Shown piece by piece: positions 40,209 through 50,944 of a DNA stretch of 64,000 bases. The notes beneath the pieces were generated by a model that was not told the origin of the DNA, did no database searches, and was given only the letters and a program-made list of their open reading frames with translations. The stretch spans positions 864,001 through 928,000 of the forward strand of contig CAVUWA010000002.1 of NCBI GenBank assembly GCA_963744995.1, in the 5' to 3' direction. The translations under genes and the position numbers were made by a program. The stretch's first letter is position 1. Each line of letters begins with the position of its first letter. The DNA comes from Candidatus Eiseniibacteriota bacterium. GTDB taxonomy: Bacteria; Eisenbacteria; RBG-16-71-46.

Positions 40209-41671
40209 CGCCGCTCTCGATGCCGACGCTGCTGCAGGTCGACTGGTGGGCGCTGGGCGCCGTGATTGCGCTGTCCGCGGGCATCATGGTCCTGCTGCTG
40301 CTCGAGTTCTTCCCCGTGGGGCCGCGCAGCGGACGGGCCGCGGTCGTTTCGCTCGTCTCGCTGGTCGCGGCCGGTTGGGCGGTGCTGCGGGTCGCCGGGG
40401 ACCGCCGCGAGATCTTCGGCGGCATGTTCCTCCACGACGGCTTCACGATCTTCTTCACGCTGCTGTTCTGTTCGATCGGCGTCCTGGCGGTGCTGTTGTC
40501 CTGGGACTACGTGCGGCGCACGCACATCAACCAGACCGAGTACTACGCGCTGCTGCTGTCGGCGACGCTCGGCATGGTGATCATGGCCGCGTCGAACAGC
40601 CTGATCACGATCTTTCTCGCGCTCGAGCTGATGTCGCTGGCGCTGTACGTGATGGTCGGCTTCCGCCGCACCCAGCTCGAGTCGAACGAGGCCGCGCTCA
40701 AGTACTTCCTGCTGGGCGCGTTCGCGAGCGGCTTCCTGCTGTACGGCATCGCCCTCATCTACGGCGCCACCGGCACCACCGAACTGCAGAAGATCGCGGC
40801 GACGATCGTCGCTTCGCCGATGCTCGACAATCCGCTGCTGCTGATCGGCGCTCTGCTGGTGTTCACCGGCTTCGCGTTCAAGGTCGCCCTGGTGCCCTTC
40901 CACATGTGGACGCCGGACGCCTACGAGGGCGCGCCGACTTCGGTGACCGCGTTCATGTCGGTGGGGGCGAAGGCGGCCGGTTTCGCGGCGCTGCTGCGGG
41001 TGCTGCTGCGCGCGTTCGGCGACGTCCAGGCGGACTGGAGCGTGCTGCTGTCGGTGATCGCGGTTCTGACGATGACCGTCGGCAACGTGTCGGCCCTGCT
41101 GCAGTCGAACGTGAAGCGCATGCTGGCCTATTCGAGCATCGCTCACGCCGGCTACGTGCTGGTGGCGGTCATCGCCGGCGGCACCGAAGGCGCCTCGGCC
41201 GCGCTGTTCTACCTCGCGGTGTACGCGGCCATGAACCTCGGGGCGTTCGGGGTGCTCACGCTGCTCGGGCGCGGGCGCGAGGAGCGCGTGCTCGTCTCGG
41301 ACTTCGCCGGGCTCGGGTTCCGCCACCCGCTGCTCGGATTCGCGATGGCGTTCTTCATGCTGTCGCTCGGCGGCATTCCGCCCACGGCCGGCTTCATGGG
41401 CAAGGTGTACGTCTTCGGCACCGCGCTGCACGCGGGCCTCGTTCCGCTCGTCGTGATCGGCGTGCTCAACAGCGTGGTGTCCGTCTTCTACTACCTGCGC
41501 GTCACGGTGGCGATGTACATGGAGGACCCGCAGGGCGAACCCGTGCACGTGAGCTGGGCCGTCCCGGGGGTCATCGCCATCGGGGTGACGCTGCTGCTCA
41601 CGCTGTGGTGGGGGGTGCAGGCCGGCGGCCTGCTGGTCCAGGCGCAGCGCTCGGTGATGGGCCTGCTCTGA
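40205..41671 (+). CDS. nuoN: NADH-quinone oxidoreductase subunit N
   Basis: EAALKYFLLG, FKV..VPFHMWTPDAYEGAPT, KRMLAYSSIAHAGY. Confidence 0.97.
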   Translation: MTPLSMPTLLQVDWWALGAVIALSAGIMVLLLLEFFPVGPRSGRAAVVSLVSLVAAGWAVLRVAGDRREIFGGMFLHDGFTIFFTLLFCSIGVLAVLLSWDYVRRTHINQTEYYALLLSATLGMVIMAASNSLITIFLALELMSLALYVMVGFRRTQLESNEAALKYFLLGAFASGFLLYGIALIYGATGTTELQKIAATIVASPMLDNPLLLIGALLVFTGFAFKVALVPFHMWTPDAYEGAPTSVTAFMSVGAKAAGFAALLRVLLRAFGDVQADWSVLLSVIAVLTMTVGNVSALLQSNVKRMLAYSSIAHAGYVLVAVIAGGTEGASAALFYLAVYAAMNLGAFGVLTLLGRGREERVLVSDFAGLGFRHPLLGFAMAFFMLSLGGIPPTAGFMGKVYVFGTALHAGLVPLVVIGVLNSVVSVFYYLRVTVAMYMEDPQGEPVHVSWAVPGVIAIGVTLLLTLWWGVQAGGLLVQAQRSVMGLL

Positions 41672-41862
41672 TCGCGGGGCCGGCAGCGGCCGCAAACGAT
41701 CACGAACCGTCAAGTCGGTGGCCCGCCCGTTCACACCTCCCGGCCGGACGCGTATTCGCCGGGAGCGGGCACGGACCGGCGCGAAGGCCGCGCGGACGGG
41801 CGCCCCGCGGCCCCCGCCCGGCGCAGGGCGGTCCGGCATGCATGCGAAGGAGGAAACGCCTG

Positions 41863-42549
41863 ATGAACCGCACGCTCCGATCACCCCTGCTCGTCACCCT
41901 GGTCTTCGCGCTCGCGCTGGTCGGCTGCGGGGCTTCGGGCGGGGAGTCCAATGCCGCGCCGGCCGCGGCCGCGAAAGAGACGTCCGGCGCGCCGGACGTG
42001 CGCCCGCCCGCGCCGGGAGAGGGCGTGGCGATCTTCGCCGGGGGCTGCTTCTGGTGCATGGAGGCTTCCTTCGAGAAGATCGACGGCGTGAACGAGGCCA
42101 TCTCCGGCTTCTGCGGCGGCTCCGAGCCGAACCCGAGCTACGAGGACGTCGGCTACGGGCGCACGCACCACGCGGAATCCATCGAAGTGCTCTACGACCC
42201 GAAGAAGATCACTTACCCGCGCCTGCTCGAGGTGTACTGGCACAACATCGATCCCACCAGCGCCGACGGCCAGTTCTGCGATCACGGCCGCCAGTACCGC
42301 CCGGCCATCTTCTACCGGGATTCCACGCAGAAGGCGCTCGCCGAGGCGTCGCTGCGTCACATCGAGGCCACGAAGACGTTCGACGGTCCCATCGTCGTCG
42401 AGATCACGAAGGCGACGACGTTCTGGCCCGCCGAGGAGTATCACCAGGATTTCTACAAGAAGAACCCGGTCCGCTATCACAGCTATCGCCTCGGCTGCCG
42501 GCGCGACGCGCGGCTGAAGGAGCTGTGGGGGGACGAGGCGGGGCACTGA
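41863..42549 (+). CDS. msrA: Peptide-methionine (S)-S-oxide reductase with lipoprotein signal
   Basis: FAGGCFWC, AEEYHQDFY, YRLGC. Lipobox LVGC. RBS GGAGG. Confidence 0.93.
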   Translation: MNRTLRSPLLVTLVFALALVGCGASGGESNAAPAAAAKETSGAPDVRPPAPGEGVAIFAGGCFWCMEASFEKIDGVNEAISGFCGGSEPNPSYEDVGYGRTHHAESIEVLYDPKKITYPRLLEVYWHNIDPTSADGQFCDHGRQYRPAIFYRDSTQKALAEASLRHIEATKTFDGPIVVEITKATTFWPAEEYHQDFYKKNPVRYHSYRLGCRRDARLKELWGDEAGH

Positions 42550-42628
42550 GGGCGGCGGGCGGGCCGCGAAGGCGGGGGGCGTCCGGCGGCGGCGCGGCCC
42601 GCGGCGCCGGGTCCGGGCACGCGCGGCG

Positions 42629-43873
42629 TCAGGTGCGCCGCGTGTCCTCCGGCCAGCGCAACAGCAGGGCCTCGAGCGCAGCGCCCGCCTGCGCCTGATC
42701 GAGCGCTTCCGGAATCACGGCGAGTGCGTGCGCGCGCGACTGCGGCGTCAGGTGTCCCGAGGTCTGTGCGCCCGCCGGCGTGGCGAGCCACGTCCCGGCT
42801 TCACGCGCGAGCGTGACGCGGATGAAGTCGGTGCGGCCGGCCTTGGATGCGATCGGCGCCGCGGCGCGCACCTCGATCCGCGGCCGGTCGATCGACTTGA
42901 AACCCTGCAGCGCGCGCAGCGCGGGTCGGGCGAGTGTTTCGAACACGCAGGCGACCGAGGCCGGATTGCCCGGCAGCCCGAAGAACAGGCGCCCGCCCGA
43001 CGTGCCGAACGCCTGCGGTTTCCCGGGGCGCATCGCCACGCGCCAGAGGTGGATTCCGCCGATCGCGGACAGGCTCTGCTTCACGGGGTCGAAGTCGCCG
43101 GCCGACACGCCGCCGATCGTGAACACGACCTGTGCCCGCTCGAGCGCGCCCCGGATCGCGGCGGTCACGCGGGCCGGATCGTCGCCGGCGTGCGCATCGA
43201 GCACGACTTCGCAGCCGGCCTCGCGGGCGAGCGCGCACAGCATCGGCCGGTTGCTGTCGTGGATCCTGCCGGGGGCGGGCGGGGCGCCGGCCGGGAGCAG
43301 CTCGTCTCCGGTCGAGATCACCGCGGCACGCGGCCGCGGGCGGGCCCGTGCGCGATCGAATCCGAGCGCGGCGAGCAGCGCGACGTCGTGCGCCGACAGC
43401 TCGCGTCCGGCCGCGAGCGCCTCCTCGCCGGCGGCGATGTCGGCGCCGGCGGGACGGATGTGCGCTCCCGCCCGGGCAGGCGCGATCAGACGCACGCGCT
43501 CGCCTTCGCCCGCGTCGATGCGTTCGGCCTCTTCGAACGGCACCACGGCGTTCGCGCCGTCGGGGATTTCGGCGCCGGTCATGATGCGCGCGGCCGTGCC
43601 GGGCGGCAGCGGTCCCGCGGCGCCGTGGCCGGCGGCCAGAACCATGACCACCGGCAGTTCGATCGGCGCCGCGGCTACGTCACCGGCGCGCAGCGCGTAG
43701 CCGTCCATCGCGCTGTTCGCGAAGGGCGGCAGGGCGTAGGGTGCAGCCACACGCTCCGCGAGGGCGCGCCCCGGCAGCGCATCGAGCGGCATATCGATCG
43801 GCGCCAGCGGGCGGACGGCGGCGAGCACGCGCGCCCGCGCCTCGGCCCAGGAGAGGAACTCGGGCGCCGTCAC
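42629..43873 (-). CDS. moeA: Molybdopterin molybdotransferase
   Basis: PPFANSAMDGYA, RIMTGA, STGDEL, GGVSAGDFD, LPGNPAS. Confidence 0.95.
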   Translation of the reverse strand: MTAPEFLSWAEARARVLAAVRPLAPIDMPLDALPGRALAERVAAPYALPPFANSAMDGYALRAGDVAAAPIELPVVMVLAAGHGAAGPLPPGTAARIMTGAEIPDGANAVVPFEEAERIDAGEGERVRLIAPARAGAHIRPAGADIAAGEEALAAGRELSAHDVALLAALGFDRARARPRPRAAVISTGDELLPAGAPPAPGRIHDSNRPMLCALAREAGCEVVLDAHAGDDPARVTAAIRGALERAQVVFTIGGVSAGDFDPVKQSLSAIGGIHLWRVAMRPGKPQAFGTSGGRLFFGLPGNPASVACVFETLARPALRALQGFKSIDRPRIEVRAAAPIASKAGRTDFIRVTLAREAGTWLATPAGAQTSGHLTPQSRAHALAVIPEALDQAQAGAALEALLLRWPEDTRRT

Positions 43874-43928
43874 GACCGCGAGCCCTTCAACCGCGGTCGC
43901 GGCTCGCGCACTCGCCCGGGCGCCGGCA

Positions 43929-44408
43929 TCAGCGGCGGCGGTACGTGCCGCTCCGGCCGCCGCGCTTTTCCCACAGCGCGATCGAGCCGATCTCCATGCC
44001 GCGGTCGATCGCCTTCAGCATGTCGTAGATCGTGAGCGCGGCGACGCTCACCGCGGTGAGCGCCTCCATCTCGACGCCGGTGCGCGCGCGGCAGGCGACT
44101 CGCGCCTCGATCACGATCGAGCTGGTACGGGCGTCCGGGGTGAACTCGATGGCGATCTTCTCGAGGGGCAGCGGGTGGGCGAGCGGAATCAGTTCGGCCG
44201 TGCGTTTGGCGGCCATCACCCCCGCGAGATGCGCGGTGGCGAGGACGTCGCCCTTGGGGGCGCGGCCGCCGGTCAGCGCCGTGAACGTCGCCGCAGCCAT
44301 GCGGATCCTGCCGCGCGCCACCGCCTCGCGACGCGTCACCCGCTTGGCGCCGACGTCCACCATCCGCACCCGCCCGCGCGCGTCCACATGTGAGAGCCGC
44401 CTGACCAT
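43929..44408 (-). CDS. moaC: Cyclic pyranopterin monophosphate synthase
   Basis: [42 protein letters not shown]. Confidence 0.96.
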   Translation of the reverse strand: MVRRLSHVDARGRVRMVDVGAKRVTRREAVARGRIRMAAATFTALTGGRAPKGDVLATAHLAGVMAAKRTAELIPLAHPLPLEKIAIEFTPDARTSSIVIEARVACRARTGVEMEALTAVSVAALTIYDMLKAIDRGMEIGSIALWEKRGGRSGTYRRR

Positions 44409-44417
44409 GGTGGACGC

Positions 44418-44446
44418 ACATTAGGAACGGCTCACAGGGGTGTCAA
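44418..44446 (-). promoter_or_regulatory. Sigma70-type promoter of moaC (near-leaderless)
   Basis: TTGACA-17 bp-TAATGT, 9 nt before the ATG, no Shine-Dalgarno. Confidence 0.65.
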
Positions 44447-44515
44447 TCACCGCGCGCCGGTCTGTGTGCGGGATGGCATCGAGCGGCGCCGCGTGCGCGC
44501 GGGGCCGGGCGAAGG

Positions 44516-45199
44516 CTACGCCGCCGGACCGCCCGCGACGTGCGCGCCGGCCGCGGGGCCGCGGCCGATGGTCAGCTTCACGCCGGCCTCGGAGAGCAGG
44601 CGCAGGTTGCGTGCGAGCAGGTCATTCGCTCCGGCGTGCAGGAGGGTGCCGCTGCCCCCTCCGAGCGACTCGAGGATCTCGTTCACCGTCGTGACGACGG
44701 TGATGCCGCGCACCGCAGCGAGTCGCGCATCCGCCGGATCGATGGGGTAGCGCGAGAGGGCGCGGCCGGAGTCAGCGCCGTCGCCCGGCAGCGGATCGAT
44801 CTCGTCCACGTCGGCCTCGACGGCGACGTGGAAGTCGCAGGCGGTCTCGATGCGCGCCGAGACGCGCAGGCCGGCGTCGTGTGCGCGTCTCACCATCGGG
44901 GCGACGAGCGATGCGTCGAGCCCGCGCCGGCCCCGAAACGTTCCGCCCGCGGCACGCCAGGCCGGATCCTCCGCGTCGAGCAGGTAGATCTGGACCACGT
45001 CGGGTCGCTCGTCCCGGTACACCGGACCGATCCGTTCGAGGGCGGCCAGGGGACCTGCGAGACGGAGGGCGTCATCGTCCGCGGCCGGCGCCGCGGAGGC
45101 GGACGCCGTGGCGATACCGGGCCCCGTACAGCAGGCGACGGCGAGGCACGCGCAGAGGGCGAAGGCGTGCGGCAGCCCCCTGCGGATCGAATGCGGCAT
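44516..45199 (-). CDS. Exported, truncated amidohydrolase-like protein with substituted metal ligands (possible pseudogene)
   Basis: Signal-like N-terminus after RBS GGAGG. VRRAHDAGLRVSARIETA.DF..AV...VDEIDPLPG and NLRLL..AGVKLTIG resemble the central amidohydrolase barrel. Confidence 0.55.
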   Translation of the reverse strand: MPHSIRRGLPHAFALCACLAVACCTGPGIATASASAAPAADDDALRLAGPLAALERIGPVYRDERPDVVQIYLLDAEDPAWRAAGGTFRGRRGLDASLVAPMVRRAHDAGLRVSARIETACDFHVAVEADVDEIDPLPGDGADSGRALSRYPIDPADARLAAVRGITVVTTVNEILESLGGGSGTLLHAGANDLLARNLRLLSEAGVKLTIGRGPAAGAHVAGGPAA

Positions 45200-45351
45200 C
45201 GACGATTCCTCCGGTGGTCCTGAGCCGGTGTGGCTGCGACCGGGCGGGCGCTGCGCCCCTCGGCTCCGGCCCCCATCTTGACCGACTTCCGGGTGCGTGG
45301 CAATTTGAAACGGTCCTCGCCGCACCGGTTTCGTCCCCGTCCCGTGGAAAG

Positions 45352-46409
<1,058 letters not shown>

Positions 46410-46413
<4 letters not shown>

Positions 46414-47618
46414 GCGGCCCGCTGCGCAGCCGGCGGCTGTACTACGACGATGCCTACACGTCGGCGTTCGAGGCGGAGGTGGTCGGTGCGGGCGCGGTCG
46501 ACGGGAGAGCGGCGATCGCGCTCGATCGCACCTTCTTCTACCCCGAGAGCGGCGGGCAGCCCGGCGACCGCGGCACGCTCGGCGGCGTGGCGGTCGAGGA
46601 CGTGCAGATCGGCGGGGACGGCACGGTGCTCCACGTGATCGGCGACGCACGGGCGCCCGAAGGTCGGGTCGCCGGAGCGATCGACCGCGAGCGGCGCTTC
46701 GACTTCATGCAGCAGCATACGGGGCAGCACGTGCTGAGCGCGGCATTCGAGCGTGTGCTCGACGCCGACACGCTCTCCTCACGCCTGGGCGAGCAGACGA
46801 GCACCATCGAGGTCGCCCTGGACGCCGCCGACTGGCGCGCGGTCGAGCGGGTCGAAGCCGCGGCCAACCGGGTGCTCTGGGAGGATCGCCCAATCGAGCG
46901 CCACTGGGTGGATGCGGAGGGCGTGAAGCGGTTCGCGTTGCGCAAGGCGCCGAAGCTGAGCGACGAGATCCGCATCGTCGAGATTCCCGACTGGGACGTG
47001 TCGGCGTGCGGCGGCACGCACGTCACGCGGACCGGCGAGGTCGGCGTCGTCAAGGTGCTCGGCTGGGAGAAGGTGCGTGGCCACGTGCGCTTCGAGTTCC
47101 TGTGCGGTGCACGCGCGCTCAGCGACTACGCCTGGCGCACCGAGGCGATGGTCGAAGCGGCGCGACGCCGGACGCTCAAGGACCGCGATCTGCTGGATCA
47201 TCTGGAACGTGCACTCGCCGAACGCGACCGCCTGCGCCGCGAGCTCGCCGAGGCGCGCGCGGCGCTGATCGTGCGGGAGGCGCGCGAGCGGACCGGGGTA
47301 CCGCCGCGCCCGGTCACCGACCTGGCCGAGTCGCGCGAGCGAGCCGAGCTCAGAACCTTCGCGATCAAGTGCCTGGAGGCCGGGGCGCCGTGGGTGGTGG
47401 CGGGGGCGGCCGCGCCCGAGCCGGCGCTGGTCGCCGGGAGGGCGAAGGCGCTCGACTTCGATCTCCGTGCCCGCGTGCCGGGGCTCCTCGAGCGCTCGCG
47501 GGGCAAGGGCGGCGGCAGTCCGGACCTGGTGCAGGCGACGGCCGCGGACCGGGCGACGCTGGAAGAGGCGGTCCGCTGGATCGCGGCCGCGCTGGAGGCC
47601 GGGCTCCCCGGCGTCTGA
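46410..47618 (+). CDS. Alanyl-tRNA editing protein (AlaX-like) with C-terminal DHHA1-like domain
   Basis: FYPESGGQPGD, MQQHTGQH, ACGGTHV, GKGGG. ATGA overlap with the activator gene. Confidence 0.9.
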
Positions 47619-47692
47619 GCCGGCTCAAGCCGCCCGCCCGGGCTGCCGATACCCCCTGCAAGCCGCCCCTCACTCTCAAGCAGGTCCATACG

Positions 47693-49435
47693 ATGGAGCA
47701 TCCCTCCGCGGCCGCTCGGCAGGGTGCCGATGCGCCTCAATCGTCGGAAGATCCGGCCGCCGTCAAAGACGTCGCGGCCTGGGTCACGTTGCTGTTGCGG
47801 ACGGTCAAGACCTGCCGGCTCTACGACGCCGGCAACGCCGCCGTCGCCCGCTTCCGCACCGATCTGGCGGAGACCACCGACGCGCTGCTCGATCGCCTGG
47901 GTTCGATCCGGCTCGAGATCCAGTCCGCCTCGATGCTCTGGCAGGAGCATCCGGTGTTCCAGGCCCACTCGCGCGAAGACAACCTGTCCGGCGTGTTCCA
48001 CCGTGATGGGGTGCGCGCGCTGACGTTTCTACCCGGCATCGCGGCCACGGAAGTGCAGAGTTTCGTCGACGTCCTTCTGCACGTGACCGGGCCGTCTCCC
48101 GGAGACGACGATCTCGTCACCCTGCTCTGGGAGGCGAACCTGCCGCACGTCGAAGTGTCGGCGGTCCCGCTCGAGGGCGACGTCGACGGGGGCGAGGAGG
48201 CGGGCGATGAGGACGACGCGCCGGCACTGCCATGGCCCTCGGATGCGGCGGGCACGGCGACCACGCCGGCCGCCCGCACCGAAGCCGACGAGGCGGAGAC
48301 GTTCACGCGCTCGGACGACTGGGGTTCGGTCGACGGCAGCGCCGATCCGGAGACGGTGTACGAGGACCTGGAGACGGCAGCGGCGGCGGAGCTCGAGGGC
48401 TTCCGCCGCGAACTGGCGGACACGCACGCGGTACCGCTCGTTACCGCGGTGGCGCAGATCATCGGGGACGCGGTCGCGGCGGGCTCGACGCCCACCGACC
48501 GCGCAGAGCTGGCGCGCTTCATCCCGCGCGTCCTGCGCGAGGCCATCGCCCAGGGCGAGTGGGGTACCGCCGCCGAGTCGCTGCGGTTGCTGCGCGAATG
48601 CGCGCCCGGTGAGCCGATGGAGAAGTTCCTCGAAGGGATCACGGTGCAGGGATCGCCGGTCACGCGGCACGCAGTCGCCGCGCTCGACCGCCAGGGTGAC
48701 GAGGGCGTGGAGGCGTTCATCGAGCTGGCCCGCGGGTTCGGGGCGCCGGCCGCGCAATGGCTCATGCACGTGCTGGCGGAGAGCCAGCAGCGCCGCACGC
48801 GTCAGCCGCTGGTCACGGTGCTCGCGGAGCTGGTTCGCGAGCAGCCGGACGTCCTGCTGCCCTGGCTCTCCGACGAGCGCTGGTACGTCGTGCGCAACGT
48901 GGTGCACATCTTCAGTCAGATCGGCGGCGGGGCCGTCGGCGGATTCGTCGAGGCGGTGGCGAAGCACCCCGAGCCGCGGGTCCGACGCGAGGTGATCGAG
49001 GTGCTGGCCCACGTCGAGCCGGAGACCGCGCGACCGCTGCTGCGCGCCATGCTGGAGGTCGCCGAGCCGCGGCTCTACGCGACGATCCTGCAGCGCCTCG
49101 CCCAGGACCCGGCCGAGGAGGTCACGGCCGTGCTGTTGCAGGCGTTCGACCACGAGGCATTCTCGCGCCGCACCGAGGCCGAGCAGCGTGCGATCCTCAT
49201 GGCCCTGGCGGTGCGCGGCGACAGCGTCCTGCCCGCCCTCGAAGCGGAGCTTCAGCGCGGCGGGCTGTTCGCGCGCGGCGACGACGCCACACGGCGCGCC
49301 GTGGCCTTCTGCACCGCGCGGATCGGAACCCCGGCGGCGCGGGCGCTGCTCGAGCGCGTGGCGAAGTCCGGCAAAGGCGGCGCCCGGGCCGCGTGCACGG
49401 CCGCGCTGCAATCGATGGGAGGCGCCGGTGAGTGA
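47693..49435 (+). CDS. HEAT-repeat protein with uncharacterised N-terminal domain
   Basis: LSDERWYVVRNVVHIF and HPEPRVRREVIEVL PBS-lyase/HEAT-like repeats. Acidic linker. Confidence 0.8.
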   Translation: MEHPSAAARQGADAPQSSEDPAAVKDVAAWVTLLLRTVKTCRLYDAGNAAVARFRTDLAETTDALLDRLGSIRLEIQSASMLWQEHPVFQAHSREDNLSGVFHRDGVRALTFLPGIAATEVQSFVDVLLHVTGPSPGDDDLVTLLWEANLPHVEVSAVPLEGDVDGGEEAGDEDDAPALPWPSDAAGTATTPAARTEADEAETFTRSDDWGSVDGSADPETVYEDLETAAAAELEGFRRELADTHAVPLVTAVAQIIGDAVAAGSTPTDRAELARFIPRVLREAIAQGEWGTAAESLRLLRECAPGEPMEKFLEGITVQGSPVTRHAVAALDRQGDEGVEAFIELARGFGAPAAQWLMHVLAESQQRRTRQPLVTVLAELVREQPDVLLPWLSDERWYVVRNVVHIFSQIGGGAVGGFVEAVAKHPEPRVRREVIEVLAHVEPETARPLLRAMLEVAEPRLYATILQRLAQDPAEEVTAVLLQAFDHEAFSRRTEAEQRAILMALAVRGDSVLPALEAELQRGGLFARGDDATRRAVAFCTARIGTPAARALLERVAKSGKGGARAACTAALQSMGGAGE

Positions 49436-50897
49436 GGCGGAAGGACCCATGATGCGGCCGGACAGCGGGTCGCGGCACGACGACGGCGCCTCGTTCGACC
49501 GTGCGCTCGGCGCGCTGATCCTCACCCGCTTTCACGGCCTGCTGCGCTCGGCACGGCTCTACGACCTTTCGAACCAGGCTCTGCGCGACCAGATCGACGA
49601 CATGTTGCAACTGCTGGCCCGCAGCGCCGAGGACGAAATCGTCATCGTCGCGATGGGGCAGTGCTTCTATCTGAACGGCACGCGGCTGCGCGCCGAGCCG
49701 TCGCAGACCGCATTGTTCGAGGCGCTGACGCAGGCGTTCGAGGCGCGGCGCCTGGGTGGGGTGCGCTTCCTGGACGGGCTCGTCGCGGACGAACTCGGGG
49801 CGTTCGTGCAGCTGATGAACGCGAACGCCGATCCGCGCGCAGGGACGCCGTTCGCCGAGATCATGACGAGCGCGGGTCTCACGCACGTCGTCCCGGTCAC
49901 GCTCGAGGAGCTGGGGGTGCTGAGCCAGGCGCTCGAGGAAGCGCTCGATGAAGAGGAGCAGACCGAGCGTGCGCGGGCGCGGCAGACCTACCAGCGCGCC
50001 GTCAGCGGCACGAAGGCCGCGATCCGGCGCACGGCGCGCACCGGCAAGCCGCCGATCCGCCGGGTCAAGCGCCTGGTGCAGCCGATCGTGGACTCGATCA
50101 TGAAGAACGAGTACTCGATCGTCGGCCTCACCGCGCTGCGCGAGCACGACGAATACACCTACGCGCACTGCGTGAACGTGAGTGTGCTGGCGATTGCGAT
50201 GGGGCAGCGTCTGGGCCTGTCGCGCACCGAACTCGCGGATCTCGGCGTGGCCGCACTGCTCCATGACGTCGGCAAGATCACGATTCCGTCCGCCGTGCTC
50301 GGCAAGCCCGGCCGGCTGACGGCGGACGAGTGGCGGCTGATGCAACGCCACCCGATCGAGGGGCTCAAGATCGTGGCGCGCATGCCGGGGCTCTCGGCTC
50401 TCACGCTCACCACGCTGCAGGTCTGCCTCCAGCACCACCTCACCCGCGGCGAAGGCGCCTACCCCGCGATCGCACGGCCGCACCAGGTGGCCGCGCTGCC
50501 GCGCATCGTGTCGGTCGCCGACTGCTTCGACGCCATGACCGCGCACCGCACCTACCGCGCGCGGCCGTTCACCGGCTACGAGGCGTTGCAGCAGCTCCTG
50601 GGCGCAGAGCGCGACAAGTTCGAACCCATCGCGCTGTGGGCGCTGGTCCGGACGATCGGGCTCTATCCGACCGGAACGATCATGCTGACGCCGTCCGGAT
50701 ACACGGTGCTGAGCACGCACCCGAACCCCGCGGATCCGAGCCGGCCGCACTGCCGCGTGCTGTCCAGGCCGGACGGATCCATGCCGATGGACAGCGACGT
50801 CGCGATCTGGGAGCCGATGCCCGCCGACGAATCGGTCGCGCGCGTGGTCCTCCCCGAGGAATTCGACTTCGAGGTCGACCGCCTGCTCGCGGCCTGA
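49428..50897 (+). CDS. HD-GYP domain phosphodiesterase-like protein
   Basis: HDEYTYAHCVNV, LLHDVGK, HP, HH...GAYP, VADCFDAMT..RTYR, LYPTG. Confidence 0.88.
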   Translation: MSEAEGPMMRPDSGSRHDDGASFDRALGALILTRFHGLLRSARLYDLSNQALRDQIDDMLQLLARSAEDEIVIVAMGQCFYLNGTRLRAEPSQTALFEALTQAFEARRLGGVRFLDGLVADELGAFVQLMNANADPRAGTPFAEIMTSAGLTHVVPVTLEELGVLSQALEEALDEEEQTERARARQTYQRAVSGTKAAIRRTARTGKPPIRRVKRLVQPIVDSIMKNEYSIVGLTALREHDEYTYAHCVNVSVLAIAMGQRLGLSRTELADLGVAALLHDVGKITIPSAVLGKPGRLTADEWRLMQRHPIEGLKIVARMPGLSALTLTTLQVCLQHHLTRGEGAYPAIARPHQVAALPRIVSVADCFDAMTAHRTYRARPFTGYEALQQLLGAERDKFEPIALWALVRTIGLYPTGTIMLTPSGYTVLSTHPNPADPSRPHCRVLSRPDGSMPMDSDVAIWEPMPADESVARVVLPEEFDFEVDRLLAA

Positions 50898-50944
50898 GCG
50901 CCCGGGGGCGCCGGTGCAGACGGCGCCCGCTCCGTGCGTTGCGG

